Notes: a model not told the origin generated them from the sequence alone. Positions 9,979-21,428 are shown, counted from the stretch's first letter. The stretch is 64,000 nt of DNA from Promethearchaeota archaeon (GCA_016839555.1 JAEOUA010000009.1:32001-96000); one strand, 5' to 3'. Numbers and translations are program-made.

Positions 9979-11499
9979 ATGCAGCAAAAACCTATTAAAG
10001 GCTCTAATCTAGATAAGCCTAAGGAGCATTGTGCGGTTTTTGGTGTGACATCTGATGATATTACTTTTTCAATTTCTAAATTCCTCTATACAGGACTGAT
10101 TTCTTTACAGCACAGGGGGCAAGAATCAACAGGTATCTCGATCTTAAAAACTGGAGGTTCAATTTTTACATATAAAAGAAAAGGATTAGTTTCAAAAGTC
10201 TTAAGCAAGGAAAAATTATCAAGGTTTTGGGGAAATGTGGGAATAGGTCATAATAGATATGCAACTACGGGCTCGGAAGAATTCTATTCGTCGGAGTATA
10301 TCCAACCTTATCATTTTCAAAATAATGAAATAGAATTTTCATTCGCATTCAATGGAACCATCGCGAATTATATTAATATTAGAGATAATATGGAAAAAAA
10401 GGGACACATCTTCGCAACGAACACTGATACGGAGGTTATGGCTCAATTATTCGCTTCACTTTCCCTCACTAATAAAAAATGGAAAGAAATATTAAAAGAA
10501 GCATCTAATATCCTTGATGGATCTTATTCTCTGGTTTTATTAACTTCTAATGGTAGAATCTATGCCATGAGAGATCCTTTAGGATTTAAACCATTATGTA
10601 TAGGAGAATTAAAAACCAATAAAGGAAATTTCTATTTTATTGCCTCGGAATCTTGTGCTATTGATTCTGTAGGAGCACAATTTATACGAGATATAAGACC
10701 TGGTGAAATTATTCATTTAGATTATAAAAAAGGAATTCATTCAGATTTAGTGATAAAATCTAATAAAACAGCTGTGTGTCAATTTGAATTTGTTTATTTC
10801 GCTCGACCTGACTCTGTAATAGACGGGGTATCGGTGGCGCAAGCTAGATTTAGAATGGGTCAAAATCTTGCGAAAATTGATCCTAAACTTAAAGATCCTG
10901 AATTCAGAAAAAATGCTATTGTCGTACCAGTCCCAGATTCTGGGAGAAGTGCTTCTGTTGGATATGCTAATGAGGCAAATTTACCGTATATTGAAGGTTT
11001 AATGAAAAATAGATATATTTGGAGGACCTTTATTATGCCCGGTCAACAAAAACGTAAAGCTGCTGTTAAGGAAAAATTAAATCCAATAAAAAGTGTCGTC
11101 AATGGAAAGGATGTCATTTTGATCGATGACTCTATAGTTCGAGGTAATACCACGAAACAAATTGTTCGATTAATTAAAAATGCTGGCGCATCCTCAGTAA
11201 ATGTGAGAATCAGTTGCCCCCCCGTAATAAATGCTTGCTATATGGGTATAGATTTTCCAACTACCAATGAATTGATTGCGGGACGAAACCTTGAAAAATA
11301 TGGAATAAAACAGTATATAGAAAAAATAAGAGAAATTATTGGAGCAGATTCATTATTATATCAAACTATTGAAGGTTTAGAAGAAGCTATTGGATTAAAA
11401 AGTGAACTCTGCAAGGCCTGTCTTACTGGGAGATATCCATTAAAATCGGGGGATCAATTAACATCATCAAAACAAGCATCACCGATTAAAAGACAATAA
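9979..11499 (+). CDS. purF: Amidophosphoribosyltransferase (canonical, with propeptide)
   Basis: KPKEH|CAVFG, LQHRGQES, GHNRYATTG, DDSIVRGNT and CKAC motifs. Confidence 0.95.
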   Translation: MQQKPIKGSNLDKPKEHCAVFGVTSDDITFSISKFLYTGLISLQHRGQESTGISILKTGGSIFTYKRKGLVSKVLSKEKLSRFWGNVGIGHNRYATTGSEEFYSSEYIQPYHFQNNEIEFSFAFNGTIANYINIRDNMEKKGHIFATNTDTEVMAQLFASLSLTNKKWKEILKEASNILDGSYSLVLLTSNGRIYAMRDPLGFKPLCIGELKTNKGNFYFIASESCAIDSVGAQFIRDIRPGEIIHLDYKKGIHSDLVIKSNKTAVCQFEFVYFARPDSVIDGVSVAQARFRMGQNLAKIDPKLKDPEFRKNAIVVPVPDSGRSASVGYANEANLPYIEGLMKNRYIWRTFIMPGQQKRKAAVKEKLNPIKSVVNGKDVILIDDSIVRGNTTKQIVRLIKNAGASSVNVRISCPPVINACYMGIDFPTTNELIAGRNLEKYGIKQYIEKIREIIGADSLLYQTIEGLEEAIGLKSELCKACLTGRYPLKSGDQLTSSKQASPIKRQ

Positions 11500-11760
11500 A
11501 AAATAATAACCTCGAGAAAAAAACTATTTTTGAGTAGAAAATTTTAATATACCTCCTATTTTTATAAGAAGATGGTGAAGAAATCTATAATTAATGATAA
11601 AAACTCATTGTAAAATTACACGATAAAATTTTAAATATTAAATTTTATAAATTATTTAAAAAGAACCTCAATAATAAAAAAAATTTTCTCAGAAACTCTT
11701 ACTCTTGGGAGATCTTTATCTATCATATAATAATATTAATCAAAAGAGTGGGTTAGTAAT

Positions 11761-13662
11761 ATGAATTTAGACATTAAAAGAAGTCAAGAGGATTTATTTC
11801 AAGTTATTTTTAAAAATTTAGATGATCTAATAATAATAATTAATTCTGATTGGAGAATTGAATTTATAAATAAATCTGTGCTTAAAAAAACATTAGGATA
11901 TTCCAAAGAAGATTTAATTGGTTATAATATAGAGAAATTATTTCATCCCGAAGATAGAGTGGAAATAACCAAAAAGATTAAATCTTTAATCAATGATAAA
12001 AACATTAATCTAGAAGGACGTATAAAAGATAAAAAAGGTAAATGGCATTGGTTTAATATTTATGGAGAACGGATTTTTTATACAAATATCTTCATTAAAG
12101 CTGTATTTATATTAAAAGATATCACTCAAAATAAAGAAAAATTAAAAGAGGCTGAAAAAAAATATCGACTTATCACGGAAAATGCTTATGATTTAATTGG
12201 TATGTTTAATGAACAATTAAAATTTACATATATTAATGAAAAAACCCATAAGAGAATTTTAGGTTATAAAAAAGAAGATCTGATTGGTAAGCGATTATGG
12301 AAATTCATACATCCTGATGATTTTCAGAGAGCCTATAAAATAATAAAAAATAGGTTGAAAAAAGGATTAGGTAGAGCAGAAATAAGATTTAAAAAGAAAA
12401 ATGGAACCTATATATGGCTTGAAACCGTAGGTGTAGCATTCGTGACTAAGGATAATAAGAGATTAGGTGCTACCATATCACGCGATATATCAGAAAGAAA
12501 AAAATATGAAAAATTGTTAAAAAAGCAGATAAAGGATCAAATTGAATATAAGAAGCAATTAGAAAAGTCTGAAGAAAAATATCGGCTTATCACGGAAAAT
12601 GCTAATGATTTAATCGGGGTATTTGATGAGAAATTAAGAATTACATATATTAATGAAAAATCACATAAGAGAATTTTAGGCTATAAAAAGGAAGATATGA
12701 TTGGGAAACCATTATGGAACTTTATACATCCTGAAGAATATCAAAGTGTTTTTAATAAAATAAAAAATGAATGGGAAGATGGGCCAGCAAGAGCGATATT
12801 AAGATTTAAGAAAAAGGATGGTAACTATATTTGGATTGAAACAATAGCAGAAGCATTCAAAACTAAAGAAAATAGACTATTAGGGGTTACTATATCTCGC
12901 GATGTTTCAGAAAGAAAAAAATTTGAAGAGTTGATACAAGAGGAAAATAAAAAACTTAAAAAATTGAACAAAATAAGAAAAAATTTAATTAATCGTGTAT
13001 CTCATGAATTAAAAACACCCATGACAGCTATTTATGGATCTATTCAATTAATTGAAGAAATATGTCCAAAAAAGTTAGATAATGAAATTTTAGAAATGAT
13101 ATCTATAGCAAAACGAGGCTGTAAAAGGCTTCAGAATTTAATTGAAAATATTTTGGATGTATCAATAATAGATGCTTTCGAATTAAAGATTATTAAAAAA
13201 AAGATTAATCTTGGAAAAATTGTTAGAAATTGCATTGATGAGTTGAAATATTTGATTCAAAAAAAGCAGATAGAAATTGAATTAAATATAATTAATGACA
13301 TAGAAGTCTTTGTAGACAAATTGAGAATAGAAGAAGTAATTATTAATCTTATATCTAATGCTGTTAAGAATACTCCTAATAATGGAAAAATTTCAATTTT
13401 TCTTAAGAAATCTAATAATAAAGCTAAGTTTGTCATTAAAGATAATGGGATCGGAATAGAAAAAGAGGAAAAAGAAGCATTGTTTACTAAATTCGGAAAA
13501 ATTGAGAGAAAAAACTATCAAGAAGATATTAATATGGATGGATCTGGATTGGGTTTATATATCTCAAAGAAAATTATAGAAGGGCATGATGGTGAAATAT
13601 GGGCAGAATCAGAAGGCAGAAATAAGGGATCATTATTTTATTTCACATTACCCCTAATATAA
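11761..13662 (+). CDS. Cytoplasmic triple-PAS sensor histidine kinase
   Basis: Three PAS/PAC repeats (FIHPDD-like), H-box SHELKTP, N-box NLISNAVK, DNGIGI and GSGLGL. Confidence 0.93.
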   Translation: MNLDIKRSQEDLFQVIFKNLDDLIIIINSDWRIEFINKSVLKKTLGYSKEDLIGYNIEKLFHPEDRVEITKKIKSLINDKNINLEGRIKDKKGKWHWFNIYGERIFYTNIFIKAVFILKDITQNKEKLKEAEKKYRLITENAYDLIGMFNEQLKFTYINEKTHKRILGYKKEDLIGKRLWKFIHPDDFQRAYKIIKNRLKKGLGRAEIRFKKKNGTYIWLETVGVAFVTKDNKRLGATISRDISERKKYEKLLKKQIKDQIEYKKQLEKSEEKYRLITENANDLIGVFDEKLRITYINEKSHKRILGYKKEDMIGKPLWNFIHPEEYQSVFNKIKNEWEDGPARAILRFKKKDGNYIWIETIAEAFKTKENRLLGVTISRDVSERKKFEELIQEENKKLKKLNKIRKNLINRVSHELKTPMTAIYGSIQLIEEICPKKLDNEILEMISIAKRGCKRLQNLIENILDVSIIDAFELKIIKKKINLGKIVRNCIDELKYLIQKKQIEIELNIINDIEVFVDKLRIEEVIINLISNAVKNTPNNGKISIFLKKSNNKAKFVIKDNGIGIEKEEKEALFTKFGKIERKNYQEDINMDGSGLGLYISKKIIEGHDGEIWAESEGRNKGSLFYFTLPLI

Positions 13663-13708
13663 ATGATTAGAAATTAAGAATTCTACTTTTCAATAATCCA
13701 TTGTAAGC

Positions 13709-14527
13709 CTATAATTGTCTCATTAGAACTCCATTCTGAACACAATATTCTTTTACTTCTTTAATAGAGAGTTCTCTAAAATGAAAAATTGATGCTGCTA
13801 ATGCCGCGCTAGCTTTACCAATTGTAAAGGCCTCAAGAATATGTTGTGCGGTTCCTGCCCCACCAGAAGCAATAACGGGTAAATCAGTTGCCTCTGCTAT
13901 TGCTTTAGTCATAATTAAGTCATATCCTTCCTTGGTTCCATCGAATGTTTTAGATGTTGGGAGAATAGATCCCACACCAAGTTCCTTTACTTCTTTAGCC
14001 CATTTTATTGCGTCCATACCAGTAGATTTTGTACCTCCGTGGGCAAGCACATCAAACCAACAATAATTCTCATCAGCTTCAAAAAGTGTTTTATTGTTTA
14101 CCTTTTGTTTAGAATCAACATAGACTCTTTTCCCATCAATTGCAGAAACTATACGTTCAGAACCAAATTCATTTGAAATTTCTGCTAAAAATTGAGGATT
14201 CTTAACTCCCGCGCTATTAACTGAAACTTTATCTGCTCCAGCTTTTAATATATCCTCAACATCTTCGATAGAACTAATTCCTCCCCCTACCGTAAATGGA
14301 ATTGAAATTCCTTCAGCTACCTTTTTGACTAAATCTACAACGGTTTTTCTTTTTTCAACAGTTGCAGTGATATCTAGAAAGACCAATTCATCAGCTCCTT
14401 CATCTTGGTAATATTGTGCAAATTCTACTGGATTTCCAGCATCACGCAAGTTTATAAATTGTATACCCTTCACCACTCGTCCATCTTTTACATCAAGGCA
14501 AGGGATAATTTTTTTATATTCGATCAT
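13709..14527 (-). CDS. hisF: Imidazole glycerol phosphate synthase cyclase subunit
   Basis: [36 protein letters not shown] and ALAASIFH. Confidence 0.95.
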   Translation of the reverse strand: MIEYKKIIPCLDVKDGRVVKGIQFINLRDAGNPVEFAQYYQDEGADELVFLDITATVEKRKTVVDLVKKVAEGISIPFTVGGGISSIEDVEDILKAGADKVSVNSAGVKNPQFLAEISNEFGSERIVSAIDGKRVYVDSKQKVNNKTLFEADENYCWFDVLAHGGTKSTGMDAIKWAKEVKELGVGSILPTSKTFDGTKEGYDLIMTKAIAEATDLPVIASGGAGTAQHILEAFTIGKASAALAASIFHFRELSIKEVKEYCVQNGVLMRQL

Positions 14528-14601
14528 TATTTTTTTTGCTCTATAAATGTGAATAAATAAAATATATTAAAAAATCTTTTAAAATGTATTAGTTAAAATA
14601 A

Positions 14602-16989
14602 TTAATTATCATTTAAGTATTTAAAAAGTCCTCCTATAAGCTGTCCAGTGCTTATTCCAGCATCACCTGGAGGAATATCAGTATGTTCCAGGAATTGAAG
14701 ATCATTTTTTAGAACCAAATTTTTTATAGTTTGTGAAAAGGAGTAATTATATGCAACCCCTCCCGAAAGACCTATCTTTTTGATACCCAAAATTTTTGCT
14801 TTTTTTATTGCTACTTTGGCGTATGATTTGCCTATTGCTATTTGAAACTTACTGGCAATATCTTCTCTCTTATAATTTTTGATTTTCAATAAATTTAGAA
14901 TATCAATAATTAATTTTGAAGTATTTATAATGGTCACACCATCATTTTCATCATAAGAGACGGATAGATTTATCTTAGATGGCTTTCCTTTAGATGCCAG
15001 TCCTTCGAGTCTCATAGCAGGCTCTCCTCGGTATGTTTTAAATGAGCAGGCTCCTAATAAATATGATACCGAATCAAAAATCCTGCCTGTCGAGCTAGAT
15101 AAAGGAATATTTTCGGCAGGAAATGAAAAAGAGGCTTTCGTAAATTGAGAAACCAATGTTTCTAATTCTATCTTTTCATATTCTAAATCTTCTTCTAAGT
15201 TCAATTGCTTAAAGATTTTCATGGATTTTTCTACACTAAAATTCTTTAAAATTATGGAAGCTAGCATCCGTGCAGGATATTTAGTACATCTATCGCCTCC
15301 TACCATTGGCTGGTATTCTAAATGTCCAACTCTAGTATAATCTTTATATGAACACCTTAATATTTCACCACCCCATGTATTACCATCATCTCCAAATCCA
15401 ACACCATCAGTACTAATTCCTATAATTTCTTCATCCTCTTTTATATTGTTTTCAGCCATTAAGCCGAGGATATGAGAATAATGGTGTTGTATTAGATAAA
15501 GGGGCACTGAAAATCTTTCCGATAACTCTCTCCCATATTGAGAAGTTATAAAACCTGGATGAGCATCGCACGCAATAAATTTAATCTCTGAATCTTGAAT
15601 TTGGAGCAATTTCTTCATATGAAATAATGCATCTTGCAGAAATTCAAAAGTTTCCAAATTAGTGGTATTCCCAATATGCTGGGTGGGAAATATCCGGTTT
15701 CTTCTAAGAATTGCCCCCGTCACATTTAATTCTGGTCCAGTTGCTAAAGCTCCAGGAATCTCTACTTCAAATGGTAATGGAATATATTCTGGAACATATC
15801 CTCTAGACCTGCGTATCAATTTAGGCTTATAATCGTGCACTCGCAACACACTATCATCAGCTCTTTGATAGATTTTCCTATCATGTAAAAGAAAAAAGTC
15901 CGCGATTTTATTTAATTGAGTAAAAATTTTATCGTTTTCTATTCCCATAGGAATATTAGATTTATTACCACTAGTATATATTAATGGTTTTTTCCCAATA
16001 TAATCAAATAATAAATAATGGATTCCAGTATAGGGAAGCATAAATCCAATATTATTTAATCCTGGAGCCACTAATTCACTAATCCCAGAAGATTTAAAAT
16101 TTGGTTTCTTTTCCAATAAAACAATCGGTCTACGAAATGATTCTAAGAGTTCTCGTTCTTTATCATTAATATTAAAATAATTTTCAATAATTTTTAATTC
16201 TGGAACCATCAATGCAAAAGGCTTATATCTTCTTTTCCTTTTTCTCTTCCGCAATTTCAATATAATATTGTCATTTTCCGCTAGACATACTAAATGAACT
16301 CCACCAATTCCCTTAACAGCTGCAATTTCGCCAGTATTTATTCGCTTGGCGGTTTTTTTCAAAACTTCAGAGATGGAATCTTTTTCTAATATTTCTTTAG
16401 ATTTATCATATAAAATATAATTTGGTCCACATATGGAACATGCGAATGTTTGGGCATGAAATCTTCTATTATTAAAAGCTCTATATTCTTCTAAACAAAA
16501 TTCACAGAACGGAAAATTAATCATAGTGCTCCGTTCCCGATCATAAGGGAGAGATGTCACAGTAGTGAAGCGAGGGCCACATTGAGCACAAGCTATAAAA
16601 GGATATTGATAATATCGTTGTAAATCAGCATTTCTCATATTGTTTAAACATTCTCGACATATAGCAACATCCGGAGGTAAAGTTAAACTGATACCCCTTC
16701 CTTGCTCGCTCTTCCTAATTGATAAGTCTTTAAAGATTTTTTTAGTATCAAGTTCTTGAGTTGTAATTTTTTCTATATATGAAATGTCAGGTTTTTGTTC
16801 CTTTATGTCATAAATGAATTTTTGAATGTTGTTTGAATTTCCCTGTAATATTAATCGAACCCCTGCATTACCTCTATTTAATATATAACCATTTAGCGAC
16901 TTTTTTCTTGCTAAATTATATAGAAAAGGACGGAAACCAACTCCTTGAACTATTCCAGTTATGTTGATTTCTACTGTTTTTGAACTCAT
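14602..16989 (-). CDS. hypF: Hydrogenase maturation carbamoyltransferase
   Basis: GIVQGVGFRPF acylphosphatase domain, two Zn fingers, QHHYSH and PPGDAGISTGQ. Confidence 0.96.
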   Translation of the reverse strand: MSSKTVEINITGIVQGVGFRPFLYNLARKKSLNGYILNRGNAGVRLILQGNSNNIQKFIYDIKEQKPDISYIEKITTQELDTKKIFKDLSIRKSEQGRGISLTLPPDVAICRECLNNMRNADLQRYYQYPFIACAQCGPRFTTVTSLPYDRERSTMINFPFCEFCLEEYRAFNNRRFHAQTFACSICGPNYILYDKSKEILEKDSISEVLKKTAKRINTGEIAAVKGIGGVHLVCLAENDNIILKLRKRKRKRRYKPFALMVPELKIIENYFNINDKERELLESFRRPIVLLEKKPNFKSSGISELVAPGLNNIGFMLPYTGIHYLLFDYIGKKPLIYTSGNKSNIPMGIENDKIFTQLNKIADFFLLHDRKIYQRADDSVLRVHDYKPKLIRRSRGYVPEYIPLPFEVEIPGALATGPELNVTGAILRRNRIFPTQHIGNTTNLETFEFLQDALFHMKKLLQIQDSEIKFIACDAHPGFITSQYGRELSERFSVPLYLIQHHYSHILGLMAENNIKEDEEIIGISTDGVGFGDDGNTWGGEILRCSYKDYTRVGHLEYQPMVGGDRCTKYPARMLASIILKNFSVEKSMKIFKQLNLEEDLEYEKIELETLVSQFTKASFSFPAENIPLSSSTGRIFDSVSYLLGACSFKTYRGEPAMRLEGLASKGKPSKINLSVSYDENDGVTIINTSKLIIDILNLLKIKNYKREDIASKFQIAIGKSYAKVAIKKAKILGIKKIGLSGGVAYNYSFSQTIKNLVLKNDLQFLEHTDIPPGDAGISTGQLIGGLFKYLNDN

Positions 16990-17093
16990 TCAATTAGAAT
17001 AAATTCTGGAATCATATAAATTAGATGATTTTAATTGAAAACTTAAAATAAAACATATTAGATTTAAAATCTTTTAATGCCTTATAATTAATA

Positions 17094-19016
17094 ATGTCAA
17101 AGAAAGAAAGCTCAGAAGAATTATCACCAATTATAAATAAATATAGTAAAAAAAAGGTATCTCTCACTGATGCAATTAAAAAATATATTAATCCTGGTGA
17201 TCGCATTTTTATAGGCTCAGGCTGTGCGGAGCCGATCGATCTTACTCAAAAATTAACGGAATTAGGTCCAGAATTACCAGATGTTCAAATGATTCATTTC
17301 TTAAATCTTAGCGACTTAGATTATTATAAAACAATTGGTACTGTAAAAGATTTATTTAGACATAATGTTTTCTTCATCGGAGAAAATTTAAGAGATGCTA
17401 TAGAGAAGGGGCAAGCAGATTATACTCCAATGTTACTCTCAGAAATCCCTAGATTATTTAAATCTGGGAAAATTCACATTGATACTGCATTAATTCAAGT
17501 AAGTCCTCCTGATAAATATGGGTTTTGTAGTTTCGGTGTAAGTGTCGATATTGTGAAACCCATCGCAGAAGTAGCTGAACATGTTGTTGCCGAAATTAAT
17601 CCAAAAATGCCTCGAACTTTAGGAGATTCCTTTATTCATATGGATGATATAGATTCGTATGTTATAGCAGATCATGATCCTATTGAATTTAGTTATGAAC
17701 CTCCTGGTGAAGTAGCACAAAAAGTTGGCAAATATGTAGCATCACTCATTGAAGATGAATCCACAATTCAAATGGGTATTGGTCAAATCCCAAACGCAGT
17801 AACTTCTGAATTAAAAAATAAAAGAGATCTAGGAGTTCATACTGAGGTATTTTCTGATGGTATTGTAGATCTTGTTAATGAGGGCGTTATAACCTGTAAG
17901 AAAAAGACAATTCATAAAGATAAGATTATTTGCTCATTTGTAATGGGATCTAAGAAATTATATAATTTTGTGGATGATAATCCTATGGTGGAGTTTCATC
18001 CCGTTGATTATGTGAATGATGTCACTATAGTATGTCAGAATAGAAAACAAGTTGCGATAAATGCTGCATTGTCTATTGATATCACGGGGCAAGTTAATTC
18101 AGATTCTATAGGACATAGATTCTATAGTGGAATAGGTGGACAAGTGGATTTTGTAAGGGGCGCAGGAAGAGCTGAGGAAGGTAAACCAATTATGGTGCTT
18201 CCATCCACAGCAAAATTAGAGGATGGTTCCGTAGTTTCAAGAATTGTACCTTCTTTACTACCTGGATCGGGAGTAGTAATCACACGTGGAGACGTTCATT
18301 ATGTTGTAACCGAATGGGGTATTGCTGATTTACACGGAAAAAGTATACGTGAAAGAGTTTTACAACTTATTAATATAGCTCATCCAGATTTTAGAGAAGA
18401 ACTTTTAGAAAAGGCTAAAGAATGGAATTTTGTATATAAAGATCAAGAACTTCCAAAATCTGTTGAAGGACGTATAAGTATTTATCCCGATCAATATGAA
18501 ACGACCTATGAATTGGAGATTGGTAAAAAACTTTTTATAAGGCCTGTAAAAACCACCGATGAGCGAATGCTTCAAGAACTTTATTATTCTCTAGATAAAA
18601 AAGATATATATTATCGCTTTTTTCAACAAATGACTGATTTTAGACATAAGAAAATCCAACCTATGGTCAACATTGACTATACGACCAGCATAATTTTAGT
18701 AGCATTATATACAGAGCATAATACCCAAAAAATCGTAGCTCAAGGAGGTTTTTTTAAAACTCATCAACCTTCAGTTGGAGAATTAGCATTTGTTGTTCAT
18801 AAAGAATGGAGAGGGCTTGGAATCACCAAATTTCTTCTCAGTTATTTGGTACAAATGGGAAGAGAATTAGGTTATAAAGAATTTGGTGGAAGTATTTTAT
18901 TAGATAATAAACCTATGTTGTATATTATTGATAAGGCCCCATACCCAATGACGCTTAAGAATGTAGAGCAGGGCATTATGGAGTTTAAGATGGATATAAC
19001 AAAAAAAATTAAATAA
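17094..19016 (+). CDS. Acetyl-CoA hydrolase/CoA-transferase fused to a C-terminal GNAT domain
   Basis: QMGIGQIP, GVHTEVFSDG, SGIGGQVDFVRGA and VVTEWG; C-terminal ELAFVVHKEWRGLGI GNAT motif. Confidence 0.9.
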   Translation: MSKKESSEELSPIINKYSKKKVSLTDAIKKYINPGDRIFIGSGCAEPIDLTQKLTELGPELPDVQMIHFLNLSDLDYYKTIGTVKDLFRHNVFFIGENLRDAIEKGQADYTPMLLSEIPRLFKSGKIHIDTALIQVSPPDKYGFCSFGVSVDIVKPIAEVAEHVVAEINPKMPRTLGDSFIHMDDIDSYVIADHDPIEFSYEPPGEVAQKVGKYVASLIEDESTIQMGIGQIPNAVTSELKNKRDLGVHTEVFSDGIVDLVNEGVITCKKKTIHKDKIICSFVMGSKKLYNFVDDNPMVEFHPVDYVNDVTIVCQNRKQVAINAALSIDITGQVNSDSIGHRFYSGIGGQVDFVRGAGRAEEGKPIMVLPSTAKLEDGSVVSRIVPSLLPGSGVVITRGDVHYVVTEWGIADLHGKSIRERVLQLINIAHPDFREELLEKAKEWNFVYKDQELPKSVEGRISIYPDQYETTYELEIGKKLFIRPVKTTDERMLQELYYSLDKKDIYYRFFQQMTDFRHKKIQPMVNIDYTTSIILVALYTEHNTQKIVAQGGFFKTHQPSVGELAFVVHKEWRGLGITKFLLSYLVQMGRELGYKEFGGSILLDNKPMLYIIDKAPYPMTLKNVEQGIMEFKMDITKKIK

Positions 19017-19097
19017 TAATAGCTTTTAATATCCTAATCAAACAATAAGATTTCAAATTAATAAAAATTCTTTTTAGATCTTTTCTTATAACTAATT

Positions 19098-20147
19098 ATG
19101 GCTGACAAAAATAAATCAAATATAATTAGGCTCGCTCATGGAGCGGGGGGGATATTACAAGAAGAATTAATTAATTTTATTACCAAAAACATCCCTATAA
19201 AAAATATTAATCATGGTATTGGAGTAGAAGAGTTAGACGATGGAGCTACAATTCCGCTTGATAATTATGATAAAGAAATTGTGATAACCGCCGATGGTTA
19301 TACCGTTTTTCCTCTCTTTTTTCCGGGAGGTGATTTAGGAAAACTTAGTGTTTGTGGTTCTGTTAATGATCTTTTAATGATGGGCGCTCATCCTTTAGGG
19401 TTAACCTCGTGTTTTATAATAGAAGAAGGATTTACATTTGAGACCCTTGAAAAAATTGTAGATTCATTTAATTCTACAGCTAAAATAGCTAATCTTGCAA
19501 TAATTGGAGGAGATACTAAGGTAATGCCCAAAGGAACTTTAAACAACATAATAATTACGACTTCTGGAATAGGAATTAAAAATAAAAAGATAAAAATAGT
19601 GGATAATGGATTAAAAGACGGTGATAAAATAATAATCACGGGAACTATTGGGGATCATGGAACTGCATTACTGGCAAAACGAGAAGGATTAAATATCTCA
19701 ACTGATCTAAAATCTGATCTTGGATTGCTTATTGAAGTGATGAACTCGATAAAGCTACATATTAAAGAAAATCACATCCATGCTATGAAAGATCCGACTC
19801 GCGGAGGTATTGCGGGAGCCTTAAATCAATGGGCAACTAAATCTAATGTGGGAATTTTTTTAGATGAAGAGAAAATCCCAATTAAAAAACAAGTAAATGC
19901 TATCTGTGATATGTTAGGATTAGATCCATATAATATAGCCTGTGAAGGAAGAGCACTTCTTTCTGTTGATTCCACATATGTAGAAGATATATTGCAGAAA
20001 ATTCGCTCCACCTCCATGGGGAGAGAAGCTCAAATCATAGGCGAAGTAAGTGCAAAAAATCCTAAAAAAGTTCTTTTAGAAACAGTTATTGGAGGTACCA
20101 GATTCGTTGATAATCCCTTAGGAGAACCGATCCCAAGAATTTGTTAA
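19098..20147 (+). CDS. hypE: Hydrogenase maturation protein HypE
   Basis: LAHGAGG, FFPGGDLG, GGDTKV, DPTRGG and C-terminal PRIC. Confidence 0.96.
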   Translation: MADKNKSNIIRLAHGAGGILQEELINFITKNIPIKNINHGIGVEELDDGATIPLDNYDKEIVITADGYTVFPLFFPGGDLGKLSVCGSVNDLLMMGAHPLGLTSCFIIEEGFTFETLEKIVDSFNSTAKIANLAIIGGDTKVMPKGTLNNIIITTSGIGIKNKKIKIVDNGLKDGDKIIITGTIGDHGTALLAKREGLNISTDLKSDLGLLIEVMNSIKLHIKENHIHAMKDPTRGGIAGALNQWATKSNVGIFLDEEKIPIKKQVNAICDMLGLDPYNIACEGRALLSVDSTYVEDILQKIRSTSMGREAQIIGEVSAKNPKKVLLETVIGGTRFVDNPLGEPIPRIC

Positions 20148-20313
20148 ATTAATTTTATGATTTTCTCTATATTTAGAATTATGATGTCTTTAAATATCTC
20201 GTTTTTCAAAAACAATCCTTAAATATTTACATTTTTTACCATTTATCTTAATAGTATTATTATAATATCTAAAAACAAGTTTTCTGTAAAAATTAGATAA
20301 TAAAGCAATTAAA

Positions 20314-21408
20314 ATGACATTTCCGGGTATTTCTATTCTACGGAGTAAGGAATTTACGAGAAAAATCATAAAACAAATAAATTTCATAGTTAAAGAGTTA
20401 AATCGACCAGTAAAATTAATGCATGTATGTGGGACTCACGAACATACTATTTCAAAGTTTGGGCTCAGATCTCTTTTACCAAAAGAGATAGAAATCATAT
20501 CGGGACCAGGATGTCCCGTATGCGTCTGTCCAGCAGCAGATATTGATAAGGCAATAGAAATTGGAAGAAGAGATGACACTATAATAACCACTTTTGGAGA
20601 TATGATTCGAGTTCCCGCTTCTAATCTCTCTTTATCGGAATTAAAAGCAGAAGGCGCTGATGTTCGAATTGTTTATGGCCCAAATGATGCTGTTAAAATT
20701 GCTAAAGAAAATCCTAATAAAGAAATTATTTTTTTTGCTATAGGTTTTGAAACCACCGTCCCCTTAATAGGATATGAACTCCAAAACCAACCTCCTTCCA
20801 ATTTTTCTGTTATATGTGCTCATAAATTAATTCCTGCGGCATTAGAACTTTTGATTAGTATAGACCAATTAAATATTGAGGGATTTATCTCTCCTGGACA
20901 CGTTGCGACTATCATTGGATTGAAACCTTTCCAATTGTTTTCTGATGCTTATAAAGTTCCAAATGTCGTTGCTGGATTTGAGCCTAATGATGTCCTCCTG
21001 GCAATTTTAATGCTTTTAAGGCAGATTAAAAATAAAGATTCTAAAACAATAAATGAATATTCAAGAGTCGTGAAGCCAAATGGAAATATCAGAGCTCAAA
21101 AGATTATTTCTGATGTATTTGAACAAGTTTCAGCTCAATGGAGGGGAATTGGTAGGATATTAGATGGGGGGTTAGTGATAAAAGAACAATATGCTCAATT
21201 TGATGCGGATAAAAAATTCGATATCAACATCACCAATGCCCAAGATATACCTCCAGGTTGCTCATGCCATTTAGTGATGACTGGAAGAATATATCCTCCA
21301 GAGTGTAAATTATTTAGAAAAGTATGTACGCCACTCAATCCTGTGGGGCCTTGTATGGTGTCCCAAGAAGGAACATGTTCCATCTATTACAAATATTATA
21401 GAGAATAA
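20314..21408 (+). CDS. hypD: Hydrogenase maturation protein HypD
   Basis: MHVCGTHE, GPGCPVC, GFETT and GPCMVSQEGTC. Confidence 0.97.
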   Translation: MTFPGISILRSKEFTRKIIKQINFIVKELNRPVKLMHVCGTHEHTISKFGLRSLLPKEIEIISGPGCPVCVCPAADIDKAIEIGRRDDTIITTFGDMIRVPASNLSLSELKAEGADVRIVYGPNDAVKIAKENPNKEIIFFAIGFETTVPLIGYELQNQPPSNFSVICAHKLIPAALELLISIDQLNIEGFISPGHVATIIGLKPFQLFSDAYKVPNVVAGFEPNDVLLAILMLLRQIKNKDSKTINEYSRVVKPNGNIRAQKIISDVFEQVSAQWRGIGRILDGGLVIKEQYAQFDADKKFDINITNAQDIPPGCSCHLVMTGRIYPPECKLFRKVCTPLNPVGPCMVSQEGTCSIYYKYYRE

Positions 21409-21428
21409 ACCCTCTTAGGTTTTTTAGC

